64,000 nt of DNA from the human T2T-CHM13v2.0 reference genome, Homo sapiens. The notes beneath the pieces were generated by a model. It was not told the origin of the DNA and did no database searches. It saw only the letters and a program-made list of their open reading frames with translations. The stretch's first letter is position 1. Every line of letters starts with the position of its first letter. The stretch lies in the NCBI RefSeq assembly GCF_009914755.1, contig NC_060927.1. The stretch is one strand, 5' to 3'. This document shows positions 27,941 to 42,200 of the stretch, piece after piece. Both the position numbers and the translations under genes were made by a program.

Positions 27941-28511
27941 ATTTGGTGGAGGAGGTGCAAAAATTTGAGTAAGAAAATAATATTTTTGTTTCAGAATCCA
28001 CATGCTTTTACTATTCATCATGCTAACTTAGGGGGAAATTTAGATAACTTCTTATGGCGTTTTTTTTTTTTTTTGAGTTTATAGATATCTTTCAGGGGTC
28101 AAGCTATTTCCAAACATTCTTATAATGGCCTCCAATATTCCACACTGCAATACATAGCATGCTCTAAGCAAAGGCAGTCTTTTATAAAAGACTGCAATAG
28201 CTAGTGAAGAAATACTTTTTTTTGATTACTTTTATAAAGGCACAGAGCAAACGACAGTACAGTATGTATATAAATAAAGCAAAGGTTCAAACTGCACTTT
28301 TACAACTACAATGTCACTAATAGACCTCATCCCCTCTCTGCTATTCTATATATATAGGTTGAAATCTGAGGCTTAAAACAATGTTTGAACAACAAAACAG
28401 AATAAATGACTAACCCAATCTTTCAGGTTCCAAAAACAGTACTGGAGAGTTTTCTATTTTTATAGGTGTTTGTCACTATGGACATTCAATATCTATAATT
28501 CTGAAATTACA

Positions 28512-28810
<299 letters not shown>

Positions 28811-29514
28811 TTACAACAAAATTAGGATCTGAATATGTGTTTTACAAAATGATTTGCTATAGGCCTTCATGGGGGAGATGGCAATCCCTAGTATATCAAA
28901 CACTGTGGCTTAATTTTTTTTAATCTTCACAAAACTCTTCAAGAATGGTTGTCATAATGTAAGAAGTGTCAGCATTACCAGAACAATCAGAGATTTCCAT
29001 AGGCAGAATAACATTAGAGATTACGTCATTACAACAGATAGCCCTCATACTCAATGCATCTTACATGGTCAGTTAAACCAAAGGGTAGGAGGCACTATAG
29101 GATAATTGTGAGAAGAGTTGCTTTCTAAGTGGAAGAAAGGTGAAAATAAAGCACCTGCAGTGCTGTGCTTTCACTTTACTTCCTGCCCTCACAGTCATCC
29201 TGGAGATCTTACTGGTGTGCTTTAACTGTCTTGTGGCATTCTCTTTCAAAAGCATCTTCAGGGACTAAAGTTCAGGTTTTATCAGAATAGACATAGTCCT
29301 GTGCTACTTGACAGAAGGCATTTTACTCTTTTTTATGGTTTCACTAAAATCAAGAGTATCACAAAAACATCTTAAGATCTGAAACTGGGAATCGCCTCAT
29401 AAGCATGTCTTCCAACCCTACAGGTTGTATAAGGCAAGTATGTGTAGATTGAATGGAACCCTCTATGTCTGGCTTTTCAGTATTGTAAAGACTTTCAAAG
29501 CTCATTAAGTACTT

Positions 29515-29895
29515 CTTTGCTGATACACACCAAGCTAAGTCCCACCTCAGGGCCTTTAGACCTTTTGTTACCCATGACTGGAATGCTCTTCCTCTAGGGT
29601 TTAGCATGCTTCTCTCTTTATTCTGGTTTCTCCTCAAATGTCACCTCTTCAGGAGACTTACACTGACCATCACATCTGAAATAGCTTGCCAACTTTACTC
29701 TACCTATCTCACTTTATTATTTTTCATAGTATTTATTTTTTTCCGGAAATTATGTACTGCTTATTATCTGTCTCCCCTAATAAAATTTAACTTCTTTGAA
29801 CCAAATACTTTGTCTTATTCCTTAGTTTATTGCTAGTGTCCAGTACTGTGCCTAATATATGGTAGGTGCTCACTATATATTTGTCAAATAAATAA
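29515..29895 (+). mobile_element. L2 3' end
   Basis: 'cccacctcagggcctttagacc...ctggaatgctcttcct...ctcaaatgtcacctcttc...gtaggtgctcactatatatttgtcaaataaat'. Confidence 0.85.
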
Positions 29896-30154
29896 TACTT
29901 AAAATTTAAAAATTTATTCTCCTTTAAGTTGTACAGTTTAAGCCTCACCTTATTTTTTGCTGCTAAGAGAAGGTATCACCTACAATGACCCTTCACATTC
30001 TAGACAATTAACAAAGTCTATGTGGAAGAATAACTATTCCAGGAAGAATGTGTTCAGACCTGGTTTGAAATCACAGCCTGTTGCTGTGGGGCATTTATTA
30101 CCCACCATTTAGCTAGATTACTGAATAGATGGAGTTAACCAAAATGCTGACAAG

Positions 30155-30166
30155 ACACACACCACA

Positions 30167-30202
<36 letters not shown>
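30155..30202. repeat. Interrupted (CA)n microsatellite
   Basis: CA runs interrupted by caaa. Confidence 0.9.
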
Positions 30203-33200
30203 CCCCAAAAACGAAACCTCAGCCCTCCAAAACTCTCCTTACTCTTGTAATTGGAGTGCATTGCCACTTTGCTCCAAGCCAAAGAACAGATAAGAAAGAG
30301 AAGCAAAAATCAGAAGAACTTTGGAAGCCATTTCACTAGAGCTGCCACCTGTCACTTACGTAAGAAGATGCAATCATCCATCTGTCCAAACTGGTGAATC
30401 ATAAGGTCTTAAATACTATTTACTTTCCCCAAAATAGTGAATCCCTTGCAATTTTATATCACATAATAACAAAGGGACATGATTCTTATTTGTTTTTCCT
30501 TTAGATACACATAGAACATTTTCTTTAATGTGGCATACAACTTTAAAAATATAAACACCAATTCACTGAGGTATTTTTTTGGTAGAAAAAAGTGTCTATC
30601 ATAATTTTAGTAGCAATAATAGTTCTGTACATTTCTTTTAGCAATTACAACCTCAGATTTCTAAGCACTGTGCAAACATTAATTTACTAAGTTCTGCTGT
30701 GTTCTCTTTGTGAATTAGAATATTATCATATCTTCATTATTTTTAGGTGAGAGTCACATGGCTATGACTTGCCAGGGCCACACGGTAAATAATTTTTTTT
30801 AAAGTGGTAAGATGCCTCTGTTTTGAAAGTGGATGCCCAGGGAAGATTAATAAAATAGGATAAGAACATACCTAAAATGGCATCTGTTTTTTTTTTTTTA
30901 ACCTAGTGCTTCCATTCAAATTTTGTTTTGGGATATGAAGTCACCTGATAGCTCAGTTCAAAACTCGAATAAACATCCTTGAAAATAGTAGGGTTATTCT
31001 TTAAAAATAGTAGTTATCAATTATTGAGTGTGCACCTTGTGCCAGGCACAGTTCTAAGAGATCTAGTTCTAGGAGGGAAAGTGTACGAGTCCATGTGAAC
31101 AAGGACTTGGTGTCTTATTCACTATTGTATGCTCCGAGCCTATAACATACCTGGATGGTAGTGAGGGTTCAGTTGGTATTTGTTGCAATAAGTGTATAAA
31201 TAAGGGAAGCTTTCTTGGTTCCAGAAAACTAAACTGTCTGAATTTTGAAACACAACCTGTTTGTAAGTTGGGGGCATCATATTAAACATTTTCTTTTGGA
31301 AGCAGAGGAGAAGGGAAGAGATTTTATTTGACCCAATATATAACCAAATCTAGGATAATAGTGATCCTCTTTACAATAAAGTTCATTTATTCAACAATTA
31401 TTTATTGAATACATACTATGTGCCAGGTATTGGAAGAGGTTCTAGGAATAAAGACAAGGTCCTTATTTCAGAACTTAAATTACTGTTTATGGGTATAAGA
31501 GGAAAATATCTTCATATACAATGCAATTATGAGGCAAGATTTTTCTATGAACCAGTGACTTCTGTTTGTTTTTACCATGTTACCCTCCTAATTTACTAAG
31601 GCTTCAATTACTTGGTTTTCTTCTGAGTAGCCAGGAGGACATTATAGCAAAAAGTAAGTATACTGATTAATTACAACATATATCCATAAAGTGGAGGGGA
31701 TATCTGAAAATCACCTAGAGAATCTGACCAATATCTAAGAAATTAATTTAGGTCAAATGATTAGTTCTGAAATGTCTGAGTTATCTATATTAGTTATTCA
31801 TATTGCCAGTTCTTAACTTGTTCTATACAAACACAATCTGAAGCTTCATCTGGGCTTCTTCAAATTGGAACCTAGTTACAACTCTTAATGGATAAGTTCA
31901 AGAATAATGCCACTACAATAAAAAAGAAATAAAGAAGGGCACAAAGTATTAGAAGATAAATTATCTAGAGATTAATAAAGTCTTTGGTAAGAGTTTGCAA
32001 CTCTATCACATATGGGCTAATTGGAAATCACTGCTTCCAGGGCTAATGACCTCATTTGAGGTTACCCTGTGGGACAATAACATGGCCTACCTCTGTCCAC
32101 TAAACAAATTCTGTCAAAACATAACTTACCAAAGTATAGCTTGTTGAGGGGTATACATATCTGAATTTATTTTACTCTGATAATCTGCCCGAGAGGTTCT
32201 GTTACTTGAAGGCAATATCACTTCCTTTGGGTTCACTTGTAGGACACAAAATGCAGCTTTTACAAGTATTTCTGCTTGTAAACTAATTCTTCAGCTATAG
32301 TATATAAACTTCACTCTATAAGAAAACCAAAGAGGCCAAGGGACATTAAGTTTGGTGTTTAATTGCTATCAGCAATTAAAAATTGCTAGCAGCCCACTTA
32401 ACATTTTCTTCTTCCTCTAAAAATGAAACTGAAACGTATCTTTTAGCTGAGAGTTCTGTAATGCTGAGAAAACATCCTAAATACATCTTGGCAAAGGAAG
32501 AAAAGAAAAAAATGTGATATTGATGTATTTGCTTTCCTAGTATATTGAAATCAAGAACTAGATACAGGTGACAGATCTGCTTCCACCTGCTGGCTCAGTG
32601 AATTTGTAAAACTGAAATCTGTTATCTAAAAATCACTAGTACATTCAGAATTACTTAGCATTCCCTTTCTGTTTGTACATGTTCATGACAATGATAAAAC
32701 AGCCCCAGGAATTCTGCTACCAATCTTCATATATATGTCCATTGACATTGTCTCCATCAAATTCAATCCAATAAAATTAAATGGAGTTAAATAAAGCAGT
32801 CTGCTTGAACCTCAGTATCTCTCATTTCTTATTGTATTGTACCTCTTATCATTTCTTATTTATTTAGCCAAGGTTAAAAAAAATGGTTTCCAGATTCAAT
32901 TATAATTTCCCTCCTGGTCTCCTATTTCTTAAGTATTTTTTCCTTTTTATTTTCATATAATTACAAGGATTTTTTTTTTGGCAATTGACATGAACAACAT
33001 TATTCAAAGGAAAAAATACTTAAAGTAGCTACTATCTTATAGCAAAGAGGACATTTCCATCTATGTTTACCATAAAAATTTTCACTGGATTCCAACATTT
33101 TCATATAATACTATCTACAAATATTGCCTGCTTTGAGAAGACTCCAAATTTTAGGAGGTAGATGGGCGATAGGTAATGCATGGAGGAAGTTGGTAAAGAA

Positions 33201-34334
33201 GACAAATTTCTAACTATGACTTCCGGAGTTAAATTTTAAAAGAAATTGAGAAGTATACAAAAGTGTTAAGACTGAAATATATGCAATTGGCTTACAATTT
33301 CTCCAACCACTTGAGGCAAGAGGGTAACTCCAACTTTTGCCCCTTCATTGCCACACTTCTTCAATCTGCATATGGATTTTATGTTTCCCCTTTACGGCTG
33401 CCCTTAATATTAATTTTAACCTCAAATAAAATTTTTTTGGAAGGAAGAGTAATATACACATTATAATTTTCTCTGGAGTTTTCCTCCCATAAGCAACAGC
33501 CAGATGACAACCAACTTCTCATTAGTCTCTTGAAAAACGAATCAGAAATTTTCTTATGTCCTTCACACAGGATTGCCATCTATTATAAATAGTGCTGAAA
33601 GACCCCACACACAGCAAACTGAAGCATGTGGCATTTAATACATCACACAGAAGGATCAAGAATTGAGTCAACACTTCTAGGGCTTCTACCCCTCAACTAT
33701 GCATTTCCATGGTACCCATTTCCATGGTTTTTAGACTTTTAAACAAACACATTTGTCTAAAAACAAATACATATGTAGGAAACATTTCTCCAGGGCTCTC
33801 GCCTTTTCAGCTGCTTTTGGTTGACAGATGAGAACCCACATACAGTATTCTGAAATTCTGCGTCTTCTTGTCTTAAGTACTAGAGAAAGAAATATTTGGT
33901 CCTAGGTGGCAGATCTTACTTATATCACTTCTATTAAACGGGCAAGATAGAGTCACAAAAAGAGGACTTATGATTTTCACCTTATAATGGATTCCTTCTT
34001 GGCTTCCTTCCACCTCCTATCCATGGATTTGAACTTCATTTTGAAGATATTTACAATTATTCTGAATGAAAACTATCATTTTCATTCTCCCTCTCAAAAA
34101 AGTTTCTGAAGAAATTTGTTGCAAAGCCATGCTATCTGTAACATTACGAATATGTTAGCATATTTTTAGTGCTTCACTAGATTTCATAAATCTTACTTAC
34201 CCATATCAATAACAACCAGTATAATTTGAAGGAAAAAGGAGAAATCTTGTGTCTTAAATTATATCATTTAAAATTCATGGATGAAGGTAGTATCCCTAGA
34301 AATGATCTGATTCTATGTGACTCCGGGAAAGATA

Positions 34335-34945
34335 CTATTTCATTTCTGTTTTAGAGATTAAGAAACTAAAGTACAGATAAGTTAACTAACTTGCCTAAAG
34401 CCTTCTGGTGAATGAGATAGCCAAGATTTGAACCGTGGAGTCCAACGCCAGAGGCTTAACCATTACATTATTCTACTTCTGTGTTAAGATTAATAGAGAG
34501 GAATTAAATGCATAATTTTGGAGGCAAACAGCTTAAGTTCAAATCCCAATTTCACCAGTTACTAGCTACATGACCTTGGGCAAAGATCTTAACCACTATG
34601 AAACTTTATTTCCTCATGTATTTAAATAATAGCTGTCCTTCACTGAGTACTAAGCTATGTTCCAGTTATCGATGCTAAGTGTTTTACATGCATTATTCCA
34701 TTTAATTATCATAATAACTCAACCAAGTATGTAGTGTTATCATCCCAGATTTAGAGATGAAGAAACTAAGGTTGAGTAATTTGCCTATTGTTATACAGTA
34801 AGGGGCGAAGACAGAATTCTAGTAAGGGCAATCTCACTCTAGACACCTTACTCTTAGTCATTAAATTTGGTGATAATAACCAATAGTGTCTACTTCATGG
34901 GGTTTGGGGTTGTGTTTTGGTCAGGATTAAATTAGGTAATGGAGG
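34335..34945. mobile_element. Nested MIR cluster (- copy, then a + copy interrupted by a - copy)
   Basis: + MIR 'ttactagctacatgaccttgggcaaagatcttaacc' broken by - MIR 'atcccagatttagagatgaagaaactaagg', resuming 'aatagtgtctacttcatgggg...aggattaaattag'. Confidence 0.7.
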
Positions 34946-35478
34946 TGTAATGGCTAATTTTATAGGTCAACTTGACTGAGCCACAGGGTGCTCAGACATT
35001 TGGTCAAACATTATTTGGTGTACTTCAGTGAGAATGTTTCTGGATGAGATTAACATTTGAATCAGTAACTGAGTAAAGCAGATTGGCCTCCCTCATCTCC
35101 AAACAGTTGGAGGCTGGAACAGAACAAAAAGGCTGACTCTCTCACAGGTAATAGGGAATTTCTCCTGCTTGACAGCCTTTGAGCTGGAACATTCCTTTTT
35201 TTTTCCTGTCTTCAGACTCAAACTGGAAACATCAGCTCTCTGCAGGTCTCTGGCCTAAGGAAGTTCAGACTAGGACTATACCATTAGCTTTCCCAGGTCT
35301 CAAGCCTTTGGACTAATACGTTGGACTAACGCAATTGGCTCTCTGGGGCCTCTAGCTTTCTGACTATAGATCTTGGGACTTGTGAGCTTCCACAGTCATG
35401 TGAGTCAATTCCTTATAAAACATCTCTTCTATACAGGTATACATTTTATTAGTTCCAATTCTCTGGAAACATAGTACA
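34946..35478 (+). mobile_element. MLT2 (ERVL) solo LTR
   Basis: 'tgtaatggctaattttataggtcaacttgactgagccacagggtgctcagacatttggtcaaacattatt...catgtgagtcaattccttataaaa'. Confidence 0.88.
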
Positions 35479-35946
35479 TAGTTTCTGACACCCAGAAATA
35501 GTTAATGAATGTTTCTTAAACTGCTTTCCCAAGAAAAGCCAACAGAAAAGGAATTATAGGATGAAAAAGCCCCCTTCAGTAAGAGCAAAGATAGGTCCAG
35601 ATGAGGAGGATAATGTTCTGTGGGCACTCGGCTCTTAAGAGAGGAGCAGGGGTAGGGGCAAATTTTAAAACACGATCTGCAGCTAGGTCAGATGATAAGC
35701 TTGTTTATGAAATAAGAGATGGCAGGAAAACCAGGTTGATCCAGATATCAAGAAGAAAAGCCACTTTCATCTTCCACTACCCTAACTGGAAGGGAATCTT
35801 GGTTCCTTACCATGATAGCAAGCTGACTAGAAATATAGATGTGATCTTTCCCTTTGAAAAGTAACAGGTTACAGGGAAAGTGAAGGAATTTATAGAAAAG
35901 GTCAAGTTTGTTTAGTGCCTTACTGTGTACTACTTCAACCAATTCA

Positions 35947-36214
35947 GCTCTATCACCCAGGTTGGAGTGCACTGGCACAATCTCGTCTCATTGCAACCTC
36001 CACCTCCCAGATTCCAGCGATTCTCATGACTCAGCCTCCTGAGTAGCCAGGGTTACAGACGCACCCCACCACGCCCGGCTAACTTGGTATTTTCAGTAGA
36101 GATGGGATCTCACCATGTTGGCCAGGCTGGTCTCAAACTCCTGGCCTCAAGTGATCCACCTGCCTCCGCCTCTCAAAGTGCTGAGATTACAGGAGTGAGC
36201 CACCGCACCTGCCC
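35947..36214 (-). mobile_element. AluS lacking poly-A tail and 3' terminus
   Basis: Starts abruptly at 'gctctatcacccaggttggagtgc' and runs to the Alu 5' end 'gagccaccgcacctgccc'. Confidence 0.93.
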
Positions 36215-39200
36215 CAATCCAACTCTTACATACATACTTTGTTTCCAGCTATAAACCATAGGGGCATAAAAAGACTTCTCTATGGAACAGGTTAGGTCCC
36301 TGAAGTTTTCAGGTCTAAACATGCTGGAGATGGCAATTAAAGCTTTCTAATATATGCGAGTTACATTAATATCTTTGAAATACCCATTCAATTACCCCAG
36401 CTCAACACCTGTTAGACACCCTCTCTGTCAAATCTCTTCTGAATAACTTTGTTTAGTTAGATTTGGGGCCAGTATCGTAACTTCACGTAGTCTGTACAGG
36501 AAGAAAATAAGTAAGCTTTACTCTGGATCTCAGGGAACATGTGTTTCTCCCATCATCTAAGCTAAAAAACAAGGAAGCTGCAACAGCTGGGACAAGAAGG
36601 AAAAGCCAATTTGATTTTTAAAGAAAATAGAAAATAAAAGCAATTTGTCCAATTCCAATGTGTGGTATCTATGCTGATTTTTCTCAAGGAAAAGTGCTTA
36701 TCATTGCCAAAATCCCCAAAGTAACCACAGCTGACAAACTTCTCAGCATCAGAGCACTTGGCAACTGACAATAAGACCTGCTCCTTCCCCAAGCGGATAA
36801 AAAGCCAGGAACTCCCCAAACAAAACCAACAGCTTTTCTGTACTCTTAGTCTGCCTTCATGTCTTTTGAGCACAGTATATTGTCCTGTGTAACTGGAGGT
36901 TCATGTAGCACACTGATTTTACCCAAAGCATCAAAACTAATATAATTAATTTATATAATCTTCTAGTTACACTGACTATAGAACTTACCTTCACTACCTA
37001 CCCAAATGTCTGCTGCTGATATATACATATGATTGCACAAATTCTAAAGAGTACTGTCAATAAACAGAAATGTAAGTCTGCTAAAAATGCTTAAATATAC
37101 AAAGAAATGCAAATATAAGCTCTCTACCATACATAGGATCTTTGTTTATACCAGTTGCACATGATCAATGGAAAAGGACATTCAAAACACTTTTGAATAA
37201 ACAAATTATTATCTTGCATTAGCTTGTATCAATAGAATCCTTCCAAGTATTTTTTGTTCATAATAAAAATGTGTATAGGTTGGTTTGATTATTTTTTACT
37301 CTTATCATGGCAACTCAATATAACAATACTGTGCAGGTGGAAGAGGGAAGAGGGGAAAGGAGAGAAGCTGCAAATAACCAATTTAATTACCCTAACAGTC
37401 ATTTTTTTTTGCAGGAAAAAGGTTCCATATGATAAGAATGTTTGTTCTGATCAAATATCTTTGCTCCATAAAGACCTTATGAATCTTCCTTCAATGTGAA
37501 GCTAAGCTATTTCTGAGGAGCTACTGGCACCTCCTCATTTTTTCTAGAGGTATCCATGTTCTAAAAATCTCAAATGATCTCAACTTAGGAGGTTACTGAA
37601 GCTACATAAATGTCAAAAGAAATGATAGATTTACACTTCTCCAATTTCTGCATTTGTTATGTAGCATAAATTCATGACAGAAAAAAAATGATCCTCAAAA
37701 CTCCTTAGAAGCTCGCTCAAAATCTTGTTTTAAGTCTACTCAAACCAAACCAAGTTCTGCTAATGTAAACCCTTAAGATTTGTGGTAGTTTTTCATTCCC
37801 AATATTAAAATAGTCTTTTATTAATTCTCCATCACATCATATTTTCCCTTGACTACTAAATCAGGTCCACATTTATTGCTTCTATGTTTTTGACATCATG
37901 GAAGAATCTGGAGCAGTGGTACATTTTGCTCTTCAGAGATATTTTATTGGTTTAAAATGTTTGATTACTAAGGGGTTTAATCTAGTAATACTAGATTAAG
38001 TACTGTCTACCATAGGAAAAAATTCATCAGACTTAAGGTGTTTCCTCTTAAGTGGAAGTAGAAAGCCAAATTTCAAAGCCTACCGTGTTAATAACAAATG
38101 CTTCCTTTTATATTTTCATCAAAAAACAAGCCTATTTCCTTATCTAAGTTCTGTGCAAGTCTTTCTGATTTTCTCACAATAAACTATATGTGTGAAATCC
38201 CATCAGTGTTATCACCAATATTTATTCCTGATGGCCACAGCTTTTCTAATCTTTGTGTAGCCATATGCTTAATGTTACATAACCCACTTGGAATTCCTTT
38301 CTTACAAACAAATAGCAAAAATGTAAGTTTATGAAGTATGCATTCCTTTTTTAATGCCAAAAATAAAAACAAAGGAAAATTTCTAAATTGGACATGTGAT
38401 AATACATAAAATCTATCTGATAAAAAGTGTGTAATTACTGTCACAAAATCTTCACACAATCCTTGAAATCTCAGCAGTAGGGTGGCACCAAGTTCCCACA
38501 CATCAATTAAAGCATGTACATATACGTCATTGGCAATAGGTCAGTCTCACAGAGAATAATCTCATGATGCCAAAGCTATCCTACCTGAACTTTAATTCCT
38601 GAATAACAATGTTGGCTAATAGTGTTTTACTGGATATTGTCTTACTTGCTAACATTTCTTATGGGGATCTTGATTAATTGGCTACCTAATCCCCAAAGAT
38701 TATTCCAGAAAATAATAATGTCTGAAAAGTAGAGGTCTTTTCTTTCACCTATGCACAAATTTGTCATAGTTAATATGAAATTACTTTGTTCATCTGACCC
38801 CTATCAAGTAAAAACACATGAATTAAGATCAGCATGTAGGTGAAATGCACAAGAAATTAGGGCCATCTTGAGAGGACTGTCATCTAGTATGAATCACATA
38901 CTGGTTGACCATTCTCCCTCCAATCCCATATTTTTATGGGGTTATACTTAATACGAAGAACAAGTGATTAATGGAGCATTAATCACAGAAGTCTACTGAC
39001 TAAAAAGGACTGAAAATTCTGAGCCTTGCTTCAGTGGTGATGGTGGTGGGAATGTGGGAACAAAGTTGCTGCACAGGTAATCCCTAGTTTTGATCCAAAG
39101 AAATAGCAGCCAAGCAGAAACAGACAGACAGACACACGCACACACCCCTCAATATATATTAAAAAGTCAAATTTCATTCAGTTTCTCAAGAAAATACCAA

Positions 39201-42200
39201 GAAGAATAAGACAGAAAATCTCTGTTCTTAGTCTTGGCCACTTTATTCTCCACATGGACAACCACTTTGCATCAAAAGTCTCTCTCTACCCTTACTTTCA
39301 CCTCTAAGTCTTTTCTCCATCCCTTCTATCCCTTATGGGTACTTTTCTTTCCTCCCTCCTCATTTTTCCTGTCTCTAGCCCCTTCCTTTTACCCAAGTGA
39401 AATTTTGTCACTTTTGAGTTCCCCTCCCCTATGATCACTTTTCCAGTTCTATTTTTCATTCCCCCAATTCCACACTACCCAAGTTTTGACACCTAGCTGG
39501 CATGAAGAGAGTTCTTAGAAGAAATGGAAGAGAATGAGAAGAAGTCTTTTATGTGATACAAGAAAGGAGAAGGCCATGACTACTGACATGAAATTAACCT
39601 TGTCCCAACCACATACACGTACACCTCAAAGCTTTGTAAACCACTGGCAAATACCCTCTTATTATCTCCCCTGCCCCATCTCCCCTTTCTTTTAATTTTT
39701 TGGTTAGTTACCAATCACAGGAGTTAACTTCCTACATAGAGGGTAGACAAATCAGGGCAATCTATGATCTCTTTAGGTCCATGGATAGATGTTCACCCCC
39801 AAATGCAGAGCTCTGCTAAATACATCTTTCAGTATCTCTGCCTTCTTAGATACTCTAAGCTATAACTCTACTTTAGTTTTAGGGTCCTTTTTGCCTTTTT
39901 CTGGCCAGAACATATTGCTTTTATATGTCTTCCTTTTCATCTTCCCAAATGCCCTAATACCAGCTTAGGCTAAATGTGCTACTGGTATAAAATGTATCTT
40001 TCTCCTTAAAAAACACCAATTATTCTCAATCTCTGGGATCCAAAGCATCCGGAATAGGGGCCCTCTTCAATAATAATCAGTGAGTGAGTGATCTTAAAAG
40101 ATATGTGGTTTAGGAAGATGAAGTTAAGTATTTAAGGTCACAAATCAAGTGTGGAGTGGGGCTGCAACCCAGATCCAGATGTTCTTTCTGACATGATCTC
40201 TCATTGTCTTTTTTCTTGTATTAATCAGTTGCTAAGTCTTATTATTTCTTCTTCATAAAAAAGCTAATGATCATCTTATTGCAACACCACACTCTCTATA
40301 CCACAACTATATATACTTATTTTGGAAAGCTAAGATTATTCAAGTAAGACTAAACAACACATAGGACCTTCAAAATATGCTCCTAATCTTCCCTTCTTGT
40401 CTTCGTTTCTGTCTCCTGGTCCCAGTTCCTCCCAACTTTATGTATGCATGAGTCTTTTCATGATCTTCTCTCTGCCTAGAGTTTACTTTCACTTCCTGCC
40501 AGGAAAAAAAGAATAAGTACCCTTTTTAAATAAGCAAACTCAAATATTATTTGCTCCATAAAGCCTTCCCAATATCTATTCCATGAGCCTTTCCCAACAT
40601 CTCCACTTTCCTACTAACAGATCATATATCCTGTTGCTTTAAAATTCCTACTGCTTTCAAATTCTTTCTTCTTGCTAGATTGTGACATGCTTACTGGCAG
40701 AATCCATGCTAGATACTGGGAACACAAGGATTAAAACCACAACCCTTGTACTCAAGAGGTTTCCAGTACACTAGTAAGTCAAAAATATAAACAACTACGG
40801 CACAGGTCTGATGTAGAAAACATATTTCTATTTAATTGACTTGAATTATAGTTGCACACATTTTGTGTTGTAACCAAGATTATGTTACATATGATAATTT
40901 AAGTAGCCAAAAGTTGACTCAGGTTGAGTAGAGAAGTAAAAGCACATAAGAAAGAGAACAGGAAGAAATAAAACTGTAAAGATGTAATGGGAGAGAAAAT
41001 ACTGAGTTAACTGAAGTAATGGCTTAATGCAGAAATAAGACGTTTGGGGAAAGGAAGTTGAATTAGTTGAAGACATTTTTGGTAACAAGAGTCATGAAGC
41101 CTACAGTTGCCAGAAATAAAAAAAAAAAAGGACTGACTATGGAGTATTTATTAAATACTCATACTCACTGTTTGAAGTACAAACTAAGAGGAATCAGAGG
41201 ATCAAAGTGGTTGGTTATGACTTGCTCAGCTAGTAACTGCAAGTGCCAAAATTCAAACTGTGGAATATTTCAAAGTCCGCCCTTTCTAAATTCAATTTTG
41301 GCCTAAATCCAAGGAGGTAGTGTCCACAGAATTAGCTAGAAATTACTTATTTCCTAAAAGATCAAAGTCCCAAAGAACTCTGTATGATTTCAAGGCTGCT
41401 CATATGGTAATAATGGATACATTTCACTTCATAGTCTAATCAACTAATAGACTTTAGGACAGCGAATATGAATGACATGAAGGTGCCTTGAGAACCATCA
41501 AGTCCTACCTCTTATTTTGAGACTAATTGAAGATACTGAGGCCCAGTAATCGAATCATATAGATTGCTAAAAGAAGTTCTGAGAAGAAATGAAATACAAA
41601 AGCTTGGTTTCTAAGGCTGAATATCATGAGAAACTATCATGTTATCCTGTGTGAGTGAGCTCCACGAGGCCAGGTATCTTGTCTCTTTTATGGTCAACTG
41701 TATCTCCAGTATCTAGGAGAGTTTATGGTACTATAACTAGCACATAGTGAGCACTTAAAAAAAATCAGGTGCTCAAATAACACGGTTTAGTGAAGGAATT
41801 AACGGGTTCATATATGTGAATGTGTGTAAAGTGGGTGCAAGCATGTAATTAAATGGAAAACTGGTCATATTTAGTTAGATGTTACTAAATTTATTTTTAT
41901 TTGCCATTTGGATCACATGATTTTCTCCTTTAAACATCCCAGTGACATTATAAATGTCTTATGTAGCAAGGTCTTTGGCTTCAAATGCCTTCACCAGGAA
42001 TTAAGAGTTTAGTACACCATCAATGAATAGAATTTACAAAGTACCCTTTGGGCAGAATCATTAAGGAATTAAGGAAAGTTTTTTAACATATTGAGAAATA
42101 ACACAAAAGGTTCTGAAAATAAAGGATAATATGAATATTTCATCTTTGTCTTAGTTTTGGGGGGTGGGGAACACAGAAGCAATATTTCATTTCTAAAACC

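Noticed and set aside
27596-28084. 162-aa LPSF-rich ORF and overlapping EGRK-rich ORF
   Set aside because: Products of the stop-free (CTTC)n tract; no coding signal.
32578-32596. CTCF-like motif (minus strand CCAGCAGGTGGA)
   Set aside because: Mismatch at the conserved GGC position; not supportable without ChIP data.
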